DNA of 64,000 nucleotides from Azolla caroliniana (lineage: Eukaryota; Plantae; Polypodiophyta). The translations under genes were made by a program, and so were the position numbers. Shown piece by piece: positions 9,981 through 23,169 of the stretch. The stretch spans positions 3,720,001 through 3,784,000 of the forward strand of contig JBHGNT010000012.1 of NCBI GenBank assembly GCA_043228905.1. Direction: 5' to 3'. The notes beneath the pieces are model-generated. The model had not been told where the DNA came from and did no database searches. It saw nothing but the letters and a program-made list of their open reading frames with translations. Position 1 is the first letter of the stretch, and every line of letters begins with the position of its first letter.

Positions 9981-11261
9981 TCTGAAGTGTTTCTAGCTTT
10001 GGCTAAAAATCTGTCATCATGTAAAATGGGCACCCTCTATTCTGATCGGTGGGGGGGGGGAGTATATGTCTTCTGAATTTAATGCATTTCTGGTTTAATG
10101 TGGGATAAAACATCAATGTACCTTGTTGTATACACCTCAACAGAATGGAGTTGCTGAAAGAAAGAATAGGTCACTCATGGAGGTGTATGGTCAAAAGTCA
10201 GGCTTTACCACATAGTTTCTGGCTTGAGGCTGTCATGTGTGCAACATATGTACTTCATAGGTGTCCCACTAAAGCATTGTACTCTATCACTATATATGAG
10301 GCTTGGCATGGCCAAAATCCATCTATTGCTCATCTGTGTGTTTTTTGTTGTTTGGCATATGCATTAGTGCCTAAACAACAACGCAAAAACTTGGATGATA
10401 ACGCAGTGAAATGTATTTTCGTAGGATACAGCTCGAAAAGTAAAGGCTATCGTCTATATCATCCACAATCTAAACCCATTCTGGTTAGCCGTAATGTTGT
10501 TTTTGTGGAGGATGCAATTCAACCACTTCTTTCATGTACTAAGGAGACGTCAGTAACTTAGCTCCAGAGATGTGTATGACACTTTGTTGCCTCTTTTTAC
10601 AAGTGGACAATTAAGTGTTGGCCCACTTGAGGAACCTTCTCAACCTTTGGAAGCTACTCAAAATGATGCAGATCATTCCATTTCTGATGCAAACTTACAT
10701 GATGCACTTATTAATGAGAGGGCTAATATAGAGGAGGCAAAGATTGTGCCTAAGTGGTTGTTGTCGACTTTGCAAGACAACAAATTAGATGTTCCTTTGT
10801 CATACCGTACTCATTCAAGTTATCATAGTGCTTCTTTTGCATCAAATTGTTATGCTATGGCTACCTCTAGTCTTTGTGATGAGAATGAGCCTGTTTCTTT
10901 TGATGAAGCACAAAATTCAGAAATTTGGATGGTTGTTATGCAATCAAAATATGATGTTATTATGAAGACTGGTACATGGTCTTTATGTGACTTGCCTCAT
11001 GGCAAGAAGGCTATTGGCACTAAGTGGGTATATAAGCTTAAGCGTAAACCTGATGAAACAATTCACAAGTATAAGGCTAGGCTTATTGTGAAAGGTTATG
11101 CCCAAGAAAAAGGCATTGATTTTGATGAGACCTTTGCTCCCACCTATCGTATGACTATTGTTCGTAGCATATGTGCAATTGCAGCTCATCATGGTTGGGA
11201 TGCACATCAATTGGACATAAAAACAACATTTCTAAATGGTGATCTTCATGAGGAAATGTAT
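9981..11261 (+). mobile_element. Decayed Ty1/Copia fragment (integrase to RT start)
   Basis: [77 protein letters not shown]. Confidence 0.88.
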
Positions 11262-11328
11262 GGTCCCAACCGATCCGGTCCTCAACTTGCTCAGCCGATC
11301 CGGCCGATGTTGAGCTTGTCTCTCAACA
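11262..11328 (-). repeat. Short terminal LTR fragment (TGTTGAGA.. family)
   Basis: ...ttgagcttgtctctcaaca resembles the termini at 2947, 56202 and 61202. Confidence 0.5.
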
Positions 11329-14300
11329 GTGTTGAATACGGGTCTCTAATGGACGTATTCACATTATCCCCTTCAATACACTAGGTTAAACTACTTTTGT
11401 AACCAGTGAGAAGGGCAATTGCCCTAAGTTAGTTAGTATATAAACTGATTTTGAAACCTAGTTTAGTGTGGTTGTTCAGGTCGTTGCTACCACCATACAG
11501 TTGTAACTTAGAGTTCAAATAATACAGTGACATTGTGCTTCTGCCATCATTGTTTTCTTTTCTCCTTGTAACTTTGTTGATCTTGTCTCGTGATTTAGTT
11601 GTCTATAGCTCTCAATTTGTTTCTGTCTTCTCTCTCACAATCTTTATCACAAAGAGTGCTGAGATATCGTTTCACACCAAGACAATCCCATTCAACATTT
11701 GGTATCAGAGCTTGGCGTTTTTCTTTGATCCTACTTCCGCCACCTATTTTTTTCTCATCATCAACTCTTATTTTGTCCCCCATTTACCTTGTGTTCCAAA
11801 AGGAATCAAGCCAAATAAGTGGAAAAAACTCGACAGAATTGTCCAAGCCTCGGATGCACTTGCCGGAGTCAGTGTACTTCACAGTGCAATCGTGTTCGAC
11901 AACCTTTCATCTATGGAAGATACTCTCTGACACCTATGAAAAGAAGGTAGCCACCACAAAGATATATCTTATTCGATGCCTTTAAAATTTTCTAATGAAA
12001 TAATCCAATTCAGTCCAGGCACACCTCAACGAGTATGAAAGCCTAAGTTCCCAAATCTCAGCTCAGGGGAAGACCATTGAGGATGAACTCAAAGCAATGC
12101 TTTTTATGAGAAGTCCCCCCCCCCCCCCCATTTGTGGAAAACTTTTGTCACAACCGTGTGCAATGCGTCAACTGTTGTTGTGAAGTACTCTGAAGTCACG
12201 ACCACAATCTTGACTGAAGATGCTCGGAGGAAATCGTTTGCAAAAGATTTGACAAATGATGCTTATGTAGTACAGAGTTTGGCCAACCGACTAAATAGTT
12301 GAGGACAAAGTTCTTCCCGATCGTCGAACAATTAGCGAAGTCAGAGCAAGTCCTGGGACAATCGAATCTGCAAGTATTGCAAGAAACCTGGACATATCAA
12401 AGACGATTGTCGCACACTCAAAGCCAAAAACGACAAAGCTCAGCGAACAGATCAAAATAGTGGCCGACATGAGGAGGTCAAATACGTTGACTCTTCAGCT
12501 GAAGTACTGTTGAATGAACCGAACATCCTATCCATCGAAAACTTAGTCGAATCAGAAGTTCTGCTTACAACTGAGGAGTCAAGCACTTGGCTCCTCAATT
12601 CGGGTGCGTCCTATCACATGATTCCTCATAGATCCCAATTTCAACAATCTTCGGCCCGACACTCTGACTCAGTCCGAGTCAGAAATTCGCAACATTGCAC
12701 TATAATCGGAATCGGCACAATAGAGCTCAAACTCCCGAGTGGCTCTACATTAGTACTACACAATGTCTAACACGTATCTGAGTTCTCAAGACCTTTGATC
12801 TCTGTTGGACAATTGGACAAAGACGGCATCCATGCCGACTTCTCATTAGGAGGGTGGACACTCCACAGGGGGAATCTCTTGCTTGCTCGAGAACCGAAAC
12901 TGCATTCTTTGTACCCGTTGTACATCACACTTAGAGAGGGTGACTTGTTCCTGGTTTATATTCCTGTGTCATCACTATGGGATGGATGACTCGGGCACCT
13001 CAACAAGGCCGACATAACACATTTATCTAGAATCGGATACATCCCCAAACTCTCATTCTCTGATCATCAATTACGTGAACATTTCCAATATGTCAAACAA
13101 ATAGCCGCATCACACCTAACAACAACACTGAGAGAATTGAATCCACTCGGACTTCTGTGGCCCTATGCCACATTAGACTTTTGACGGAGCCTTGTACTTC
13201 ATTCGTTTCATCGACGACTCGACTCGAAAGGTGTGGGCTTATCCGATCAAAACCAAAGATCGAGTGTTCTCGATCTTTTCCGAATGGCTCGCTATGGTAG
13301 AGAACCAGTCTAGCCAAAAGTTGAAAGGCCTTCAGACTGACAATGGAGGAGATTTCAAGTCTGAAGAATTCATCTGATTTTGCTAACAACACGTTATCAT
13401 ACATGAATACATTACACCACATAGTCCAAAGTAAAATGGAATTGCCAAACGAATGAATCGAACAATCAAAGAACGTATAGTTTCCATGCTCCAACAATCC
13501 GAACTATTGGATGGCTTCTGGGCAGAGGCCCTACTTACGGAAGTACACATAATCAATATGTTACTGAGTAGGCCTCTAGGACTTCAAATACCTTAGGATC
13601 TATGGACTAGTAGTAAGCTGAATTACAACAAGCTGAGGATTTTCAAGTGCGCGACATACGCCCTCATACCGAAAGATGACCGCCGCAAACTTGAACCAAG
13701 GCCCAGGAAATGCATGTTCCTCGGTTATGGAACAGACGGCAAGTTCAGATACCAGCGCTAGGACCCCGAGCATAGACAGATCGTCCGAAGTTCGGACGTA
13801 GTGTTCAATGGGTCGGTTATGCATAAGACGACCAAAAGTCCTATTGAAGTCCGAAGGGTAATTTTCCGACCCATCACAAAGGCCCAACCCATAACATGAG
13901 ATCAGTTTCACGAGTAGCCGAATCTTCTAGCAGTGACTCGGCATCGCTCGATTCGGCAGAGCCGAACGATTCGGTTTTGGATCATGAGACCTCGATACCC
14001 AATGTGAATAATCCAGTCATACCTCGACGGTCTGAGAGACTGTCACAGCCCCCAGAGAGGTACTCTCCTCGAGTCTTCTTCACAGGCGCCAGTTTACCGA
14101 CATCATATGAAGATGCATCGGCATCCGCCATTTTGGCCACATGGCATCTTGGGATGGAGTCAGAGATGAATTCCATTCGGGCAAACAAGACTTGGGACTT
14201 GGTCAAACTACCGAAGAATCGATGTGCTCTTCCGTGCAAGTGGGTCTACAGATTAAAAGAGACGTCCAATTCGGCCACCCCAAAATTCAAGGCCAAACTA

Positions 14301-15099
14301 GTAGCAAAGGGTTTCCAACAGGAATATGTTGTTGACTTCGACGAGATCTTTTTGTTGGGATTTCGGTCCCTCCGGATGGGATGTCCGGAGATGAATGACG
14401 GCAAGCCCGGAACCGGATGATGAAGAATACCCGGTATGAAGCCGGATGAAGAGTACCCGGATACGGATCCGGATGATGAAGTACCCGGATACGGATCCGG
14501 ATGATGAAGTACCCGGATACGGATCCGGATGATAAAGACCCCAGCTACGGAGCCGGATGATGGAGACCCCGGCTACGGAGCCGGATGACGAATGTACCCG
14601 GAGAGAGATCCGGATGCGGGGACATATTTGTGAATATGTTTGCCAAGGGCCCTTAAGGCTATATTTGTAAATAGCCCGAAAGTCATATGTGTATAAATAT
14701 GACTTAGGGCAAACAGTTTTGTTGTTGCTCATCTTTCTGTTTTCCACTTACAGGGAGCGAAGTGAGAGCAGCCGAGAGAGAGAGAGAGAGAGACGAAGAG
14801 GTCGTTGCCTCTGTGTATTACCGCCGCCTGTGGCGAAGACAGTGAGCTCAAGGTTGTTGCCTTGAAGCTTCATCATTGTACATCTCTGTTCATAGTGATA
14901 GTTGGAGTTTGAGGACTCCCGTGGTTTTTTCCCGTATAGGGTTTTCCACGTTAATCCCTGTGTTATTGTGTCTTTCTCTGTATTTCCCATTTTTCTGCAA
15001 CAACGATTCGTGTGTTTCCTTGGTTGTGGCCGAGTGGCGAAGGTGAATCGCAGCGTCGATTTTCAACAAAGTGGTATCAGAGCACGGTTAACACAGAAA

Positions 15100-17734
15100 A
15101 TGGAAGGAGGCGGTAGTGGGCCTCCGGGCATGATGGTGTTGAACTCACAGAACTACGCCGACTGGAAGATCAAGATGGAGGATCTTCTGATTGTTCGGGA
15201 CCTGTACGAACCGATTGACAGGTCGGAAATACCGAAGGGGGTACTTGAGACGGAATGGAGGCTTCTGAACCGGAAAGCCGTTGCAACCATTCGGCAATAC
15301 GTCGACGTGAGCGTTCTGCAACATGTGGCGAACGACACCAACGCATATGAGATGTGGCGGAAGCTGTCGAGCCTCTACGAGAGGAAGAATGCGTTGAACC
15401 GGACCTCCTTGATGAGGAAGATAGTGAACCTCAAGTACCGGGACGGCGAGAGTATGGTGGAACACGTAAGCACGTTCATGGGATTCGTGAACCAGCTTGC
15501 GGCGATCAAGTTCCCGTTGGAGGATGCAATGCAAGCCATCATCCTGATGTGTACATTGCCGGACAGCTGGGAGAACTTGGTGGTGACTCTCAGCACCTCC
15601 TGCACCGAAGATAACTTGTCCCTACAAACGGTAAAGACAAGTATTTTGAACGAAGAAGCGCGTCGGAGAGATAAAGAACCGGCCTCCGACTCGAAGGCAC
15701 TGCTTACCGAATCGGAACGGGGAAGACAATGGAACCGGAGTCCGCAAAGACGGGAGAAGTCGGGGACCCGGTCGCAGTCAAGAGGAAGACCCACATGCTT
15801 CCACTGTGGGAAGCCGGGGCATTTCCGGAAGAATTGTCGGCATTACCGAAAGGACAACGGAGCCGACGACACCGATTCGAAGAAGTCACCGGAGAGAAAC
15901 GGTGCATACCGGGGAGCCTTGGACCGGAGAGGTCCGGATCGGCGAGGGCAGGACCGGAAAGGAACGACGGCACTCGCGGCAAGTGAAGAAGAAATCATGC
16001 TCATTACCGAAGAGAGGGAGCTGAACCTTGCCGGTGTAGAGATGACCTGGGTGGTTGATTCCGGAGCGTCGTTCCACCTGACCCCGGAGAAGAAATACTT
16101 CTCATCCTACGCAACCGGTGAGCACGGCTGTGTCCGGATGGGAAATGAAGGCACATGCCGGATTGCCGGCATAGGAGACGTGTGGCTGATGACATCAACC
16201 GGATGCAAGATGCTGCTGAAGGATGTGCGACACGTTCCGGAGGTCCGATTGAACCTGATCTCGGCCGGGAGGCTAGATGATGAAGGCTACACGGGTAGCA
16301 TCCGGAACGGTGTCATGAAGTTCAGCAAAGGGAGCCTGATAGTGGCTCGGGCCCGGAAAGTCAACACGTTGTACCTGATGAATGCCCGGTTATGTCCGGA
16401 AGAGCTGAACGTGGCAGCCGACACTGCCGGTGAGCTGTGGCACAAGAGACTGTGCCACATGAGTGAGAAGGGGATGAAGAGGCTTGCAGAAGACAACCTC
16501 ATCCCAGTGAAGCATGTGCACCTGGAGAAGTGCACCGATTGCCTGGCCGGTAAGCAGAACCGAACCTCCTTCCACTCAAGGCCACCGACGAGACGTAGCG
16601 CACCATTGGAGTTGGTGCACACGGATGTGTGTCAGGTAGAAACGAAGTCACATGGCGGAGCCCAGTACTTCGTGACTTTCATTGATGATCACAGCAGGAA
16701 GCTGTGGACGGCGCCGTTGAAGACAAAGGACCAAGTGTTGTCCGTCTTCAAAGAACTCCACGCGAGAGTGGAAAGGGAATCCGGCAAGAAGCTGAAAGCG
16801 ATACGAGCGGATAACGGAGGGGAATACCGGGGGCAGTTCCAGGAGTACTGTCGCTCAAAGGGAATCCGGCTCGAGTTTACTGTGCCGAAGACGCCGGAAC
16901 TAAACGGGCTGGCCGAGAGGATGAACCGGACCATAATGGAGAGGGTCCGGAGTATGCTGGCGCATGCGAAATTACCCAAGGGGTTTTGGGCTGAGGCAAT
17001 GTCGACGGCGACATACGTGATAAACAGATCACCCTCAGTACCTTTGGACGGGGACACGCCGCAGAAAGTGTGGACCGGTAAGGAAGTGTCCTACCGGCAC
17101 CTGAAGGTGTTCGGGTGTCTCGCATACGTGCATGTGGCAAAGGACCGGAGAGGAAAGCTAGATCCAAAGACCCGGCCATGCATATTCCTCGGTTACGGCG
17201 ACGACGAGTTCGGCTACCGAGTATGGGACCCGGTCGACAAGAAGATATTCAGGAGTCGAGACATCATCTTCATGGAGGACAAGACACTCGCCGACTGGGA
17301 GTCGGAGAAGAAGATGAAGAGCTCCAAGTCGACCGGTGAGGATCAACTCTACGAGGAGCAGTCCCGACCGGCAAGGGACCGGTTAACACTCGAGGATCCG
17401 GCCGAAGACTATGAAGAAACAGAACCGGCCGAAGAAGATGAAAATGATACCGGAACCGGCCCCGATCCCGAAATGGATTTGGATGAAGAAGAATCGGAAG
17501 AACCGGTTGCCGAAGGTCCGGAACGGAGATATCCTCTAAGAGAGAGAAGGGCCCCCCGGAGATTTCCGGAACCAGAGCACGTGCTGCTAACCGACGAAGG
17601 GGAGCCGGAGAGCTTTGAAGAAGCAAAGCATGACACCAAGAGCCGCAGGTGGTTGAGTGCCATGCAGGACGAGATGGATTCCCTGCATGAGAACCACACA
17701 TATGAACTTGTGGAGTTGCCGAAAGGAAAGCGGG
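15100..17734 (+). CDS. Element B gag-pol, 5' part (Gag, zinc knuckle, protease, integrase, RT start)
   Basis: ORF from MEGGGSG at 15100: CFHCGKPGH, VDSGASFH, LWHKRLCH..C..C, VHTDVC, ADNGGEY, PELNGLAERMNRT. Cut at KGKR by element C. Confidence 0.95.
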
Positions 17735-20700
17735 TGTTGGGAAACACCGATTTGATTCACCTTCTCCGCTCGGTCACAACCGAGTAATCACGGATCAATG
17801 CAGCAGAAAATAGGAAATACAGAGAAAGACGCGATGCACAGGAATTAACGTGGAAAACCCTATACGGGAAAAACCACGGGAGTGCGAGACTCCAAACCAC
17901 ACTATGCACAGAGAAATATACAATGGCGAAGCTTCAAGGCAACGACCTTGAGCTCGCTGTCCTCGCCACAGGCGGCGGTATTACACAGAGGCGTCGACCT
18001 CTTCGTTTCTCTCTCTCTCTCTCTCTCTCGGCTGCTCTCACTCCGCTCTCTCGACTAGAACATAAAATGAGCAACAACAGAAACTGTTTGCCCTAAGTCA
18101 TATTTATACACATATGACTTTCGGGCTATTTACAAATATAGCCTCAAGGGCTCTTGGCAAACATATTCACAAATATGTCCCCGCATCCGGATCTCTCTCC
18201 GGGTACACTCATCATCCGGCTCCGTAGCCGGGGTCTTCGTCATCCGGCTCCGTAACCGGGTCTTCGTCATCCGGCTCCGTAACCGGGTCTTCGTCATCCG
18301 GCCACATGCCGGGTACTATTCATCATCCGGTTCCGTAACCGCAACCGGGCTTGCCGTCATTTATCTCCGGGGACATCCCATCCGGAGGGACCGAAATCCC
18401 AACAAACTCCCCCTTCACTTCGGCATGGGATGTCTCTCCAATCCGATCCTCTTCCGGCATGCTTCTAGCTTATCGGGTGTGAGCACTTTGGTCAGCATAT
18501 CTGACCCGTTCTCGTCCGTGTGGATCTTCGTCAACACGAACTCCTGGTCTTCTATCCTTTCCCGGATCCAGTGATATCTTCGCTGGATGTGCTTCGTCCG
18601 GGAGTGATAGGCCGCGTTCTTCGCAAGGTGGATGGCACTCTGACTGTCGCAGTAGAGTCGATACTCCTCCTGCCGGATACCGAGCTCTTTAATGAAGTCC
18701 TTCATCCATATTATTTCCTTGCCGGCTTCAACAGCCGCCATGTACTCCGCCTCCGTGGTTGACAACGCCACCGTCTTCTGCAGCCTCGACTGCCACGAAA
18801 CAGCCCCCCCTGCATACGTCATCACATACCCTGATGTGGACCGGCTGGTATCTGCATCAGCCGACATATCCGAATCGGTGAAGCCATCGAGTTCGGACTT
18901 ACCGGAGCCGAATCGGAGGCACACGTTTGCTGTGCCCTTCAGGTATCTGAGTATCCACTTGACCGCGTTCCAGTGCTCTTTGCCGGGATTGCTCATATAC
19001 CGGCTCACCACTCCGACTGCGTATCCAATGTCCGGCCGGGTACACACCATTGCGTACATCAAGCTTCCGACGGCAGAGGCATATGGTACTTTCATCATGT
19101 CCTCCTTCTCAGCCTTTGTCTTGGGGCTTTGCTTGCTGGACAGCTTGCAGTTTGCCGGGAGTGTTGACCCGACTGGTCTTGCTTCCGACATGTTGAACCG
19201 GTGAAGCACCTTTGTCACGTACTTCTCCTGTGACAGCCACAACTGCTTCTTCTTCCGGTCCCGGATGATGTGCATCCCTAGTATTTGTCTCGCCGGACCC
19301 AAGTCCTTCATTGAGAAGGTTCGGTGAAGAGCCTTCTTCAGCATCCGTATCTTGACCTGGTCCCGTCCGACGATCAACATGTCGTCCACGTATAGGAGAA
19401 GTATTAGAAAGTCTCCTCCTTCGAACTTCTTCACAAACACGCAGTGGTCGGACTGCGTTTTGTAGTACCCTTCTTCGGTCATGAAGGAGTCAAACTTTCG
19501 GTACCATTGCCGGGGAGCCTGCTTCAGTCCGTAAAGGCTCTTCTTCAACCGGCATACCAGGTGCTCCTTCTCTTTCTTCTCGAATCCTTCCGGTTGCTGC
19601 ATGTAGATCTCTTCTTCGAGGTCACCGTGAAGAAATGCCGTCTTCACGTCCATCTGTTCTACCTCGAGGTCCATGCTTGCAGCTATGCTCAGCACCGTCC
19701 GGATGGAGGTCATCTTCACTACCGGGGCAAATATCTCGTCGAAGTCGACGCCCTTCTTCTGCTGGAACCCCTTCACCACGATCCTGGCTTTGTATCTTGG
19801 GGGGTTTCCGGCATCTCCCGGTTTCAGCTTGAACACCCACTTGTTACGGAGTGCCCGTTTTCCTTTCGGCAACTCCACAAGTTATCCATCTCCTCCTGCA
19901 TGGCACTTAACCACCTGCGGCTATGGGTGTCATGCTTCGCTTCTTCAAAGCTCTCCGGCTCCCCCTCGTCGGTTAGCAGCACGTGCTCTGGTTCCGGAAA
20001 TCTCCGGGGGGCCCTTCTCTCTCTTAGAGGATATCTTCGTTCCGGAGCTTAGGTAACCGGTTCTTCCGATTCTTCTTCATCCGAATCCATTTCGGGATCG
20101 GGGCCGGTTTCGGTATCATATTCATCTTCTTCGGCCGGTTCTGTTTCTTCACCGTCTTCGGCCGGATCCTCGAGTGCTAACCGGTCCCTTGCCGGTCGGG
20201 ACTGCTCCTCGTAGAGTTGATTCTCACCGGTCGACTTGGAGCTCTTCATCTTCTTCTCCGACTCCCAGTCGGCGAGTGTCTTGTCCTCCATGAAGATGAT
20301 ATCACGACTCCTGAATATCTTCTTGTCGACTGGGTCCCATACTCGGTAGCCGAACTCGTCATCGCCGTAACCGAGGAATATGCATGGACGGGTCTTTGGA
20401 TCTAGCTTTCCTCTCCGGTCCTTTGCCACATGCACATATGCGAGACACCCGAACACCTTCAGATGCCGGTAGGACACTTCCCTACCGGTCCACACTCTCT
20501 GCGGCGTGTCTCCGTCCAAAGGTACTGAGGGTGATCTATTTATCACATATGTCGCCGTCGACATTGCCTCAGCCCAAAATCCCTTGGGTAATTTCGCATG
20601 CGCCAGCATACTCCGGACCCTCTCCATTATGGTCCGGTTCATCCTCTCGGCCAGCCCGTTCAGTTCCGGCGTCTTCGGCACAGTAAACTCGAGTCGGATT

Positions 20701-23164
20701 CCCTTCGAGCGACAGTACTCCTGGAACTGTCCCCGGTATTCCCCTCCGTTATCCGCTCGTATCGCTTTCAGCTTCTTGCCGGATTCTCTTTCCACTCTTG
20801 CATGGAGTTCTTTGAAGACGGACAACACTTGGTCCTTTGTCTTCAACGGTGCCGTCCACAGTCTTCGGCTGTGATCATCTATGAAGGTTACGAAGTACTG
20901 GGCTCCGCCATGTGACTTCGTTTCTACCTGACACACATCAGTGTGCACCAACTCCAATGGTGCGCCACGTCTCGTCGGTGGCCTTGAGTGGAAAGAGGTT
21001 CGGTTCTGCTTACCGGCCAGGCAATCGGTGCACTTCTCCAGGTGCACATGCTTCACTGGAATAAGGTTGTCTACTGCAAGCCTCTTCATCCCTTTCTCAC
21101 TCATGTGGCACAGTCTCTTGTGCCACAGCTCACCGGCAGTGTCGGCTGCCACGTTCAGCTCCTCCGGACATAGCCGGGAATTCATCAGGTACAGTGTGTT
21201 GACTTTCCGGGCCCGAGCCACTATCAGACTCCCCTTGCTGAACTTCATGACACCGTTCCGGATGCTACCCGTGTAGCCTTCATCATCTAGCCTCCCAGCC
21301 GAAATCAGGTTCAATCGAACCTCCGGAACGTGTCGAACATCCTTCAGCAGCATTTTGCATCCGGTTGATGTCATCAGCCACACGTCTCCTATGCCGGCAA
21401 TCCGACACGTACCTTCATTTCCCATCCGGACACAGCCATGCTCACCGGCTGTGTAGGATGAGAAGTATTTCTTCTCCGGGGTCAGGTGGAACGACGCTCC
21501 GGAATCGACCACCCAGGTCATCTCTTCTCCGGCAAGGTTCAGCTCCCTCTCTTCGGTAATGAGCATTATCTCTTCTTCACTTGCCGCGAGTGCCGTCGTT
21601 CCTTTCCGGTCCTGCCCTCGCCGATCCGGACCTCTCCGGTCCGTGGCTCCCCGGTATGCACCGTTTCGCTCCGGTGACTTCTTCGAATCGGTGTCGTCGG
21701 CTCCGTTTTCCTTTCGGTAATGCCGGCAATTCTTCCGGAAGTGCCCCGGCTTCCCACAGTGGAAGCATGTAGGCCTTCCTCTTGACTGCGACCGGGTCCC
21801 CGACTTCTCCCGTCTTTGCGGACTCCGGTTCCATTGTCTTCCCCGATCCGATTCGGTAAGCAGCATCTTCGGGTCGGAGGCCGGTTCTTTATCTCTCCGA
21901 CGAGCTTCTTCGTTCAAAATGCTTGTCTTTACCGTTTGTAGAGACAAGTTATCTTCGGTGCACGAGGTGCTGAGAGTCACCACCAAGTTCTCCCAGCTTT
22001 CCGGCAATGTACACATCAGGATGATGGCTTGCATTGCATCCTCCAACGGGAACTTAATCGCCGCAAGCTGGTTCACGAATCCCATGAACGTGCTTACGTG
22101 TTCCACCATACTCTCGCCGTCCCGGTACTTGAGATTCACTATCTTCCTCATCAGGGAGGTCCGGTTCAACGCATTCTTCCTCTCGTAGAGGCCCGACAGC
22201 TTCTTCCACATCTCGTATGCGTTGGTGTCGTTCGCCACGTGTTGTAGGACGCTTACATCGACATATTGTCGGATCGTCGCTACGGCTTTCCGGTTCAGGA
22301 GCTTCCACTCCGACTCAAGTACCCCTTTCGGTATTTCCGACCTGTCAATCGGTTCGTACAGGTCCCGAACAATCAGAAGATCCTCCATCTTGATCTTCCA
22401 GTCGGCGTAATTCTGTGCATTCAGCACCATCATCATCGGCTGTGCGCTGCCGCCGCCTTCCATTTTCTGCACTGCCGTCGCTCTGATACCAGTTTGTTGG
22501 GAAACACCGATTTGATTCACCTTCTCCGCTCGGTCACAACCGAGTAATCACGGATCAATGCAGCAGAAAATAGGAAATACAGAGAAAGACGCGATGCACA
22601 GGAATTAACGTGGAAAACCCTATACGGGAAAAACCACGGGAGTGCGAGACTCCAAACCACACTATGCACAGAGAAATATACAATGGCGAAGCTTCAAGGC
22701 AACGACCTTGAGCTCGCTGTCCTCGCCACAGGCGGCGGTATTACACAGAGGCGTCGACCTCTTCGTTTCTCTCTCTCTCTCTCTCTCTCGGCTGCTCTCA
22801 CTCCGCTCTCTCGACTAGAACATAAAATGAGCAACAACAGAAACTGTTTGCCCTAAGTCATATTTATACACATATGACTTTCGGGCTATTTACAAATATA
22901 GCCTCAAGGGCTCTTGGCAAACATATTCACAAATATGTCCCCGCATCCGGATCTCTCTCCGGGTACACTCATCATCCGGCTCCGTAGCCGGGGTCTTCGT
23001 CATCCGGCTCCGTAACCGGGTCTTCGTCATCCGGCTCCGTAACCGGGTCTTCGTCATCCGGCCACATGCCGGGTACTATTCATCATCCGGTTCCGTAACC
23101 GCAACCGGGCTTGCCGTCATTTATCTCCGGGGACATCCCATCCGGAGGGACCGAAATCCCAACA
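17735..23164 (-). mobile_element. Copia element C, same family as B, reverse orientation, identical LTRs, defective pol
   Basis: LTRs 22495-23164 and 17735-18404 (670 bp, no difference found by eye). TSD GCGGG (17730-17734/23165-23169). PBS 22491-22480. PPT just above 18404. Confidence 0.97.
18415..22463 (-). pseudogene. Element C gag-pol with an in-frame TAA (20051-20049) and a 25-bp frameshifting deletion (19883/19884)
   Basis: ORFs 20049..22520 and 18415..19878. Comparison with B shows GAA>TAA and loss of B 17680-17704. Confidence 0.92.
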
Positions 23165-23169
23165 GCGGG

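Noticed and set aside
14902-15099. N-terminal 66 aa of the 961-aa ORF
   Set aside because: Lies in the LTR/PBS; the real start is the ATG at 15100, matching elements C and 2948-4563.
17735-23164. Assembly artefact or simple inversion explaining the inverted copy
   Set aside because: C has its own distinct LTR pair, a perfect GCGGG TSD and many SNPs relative to B.
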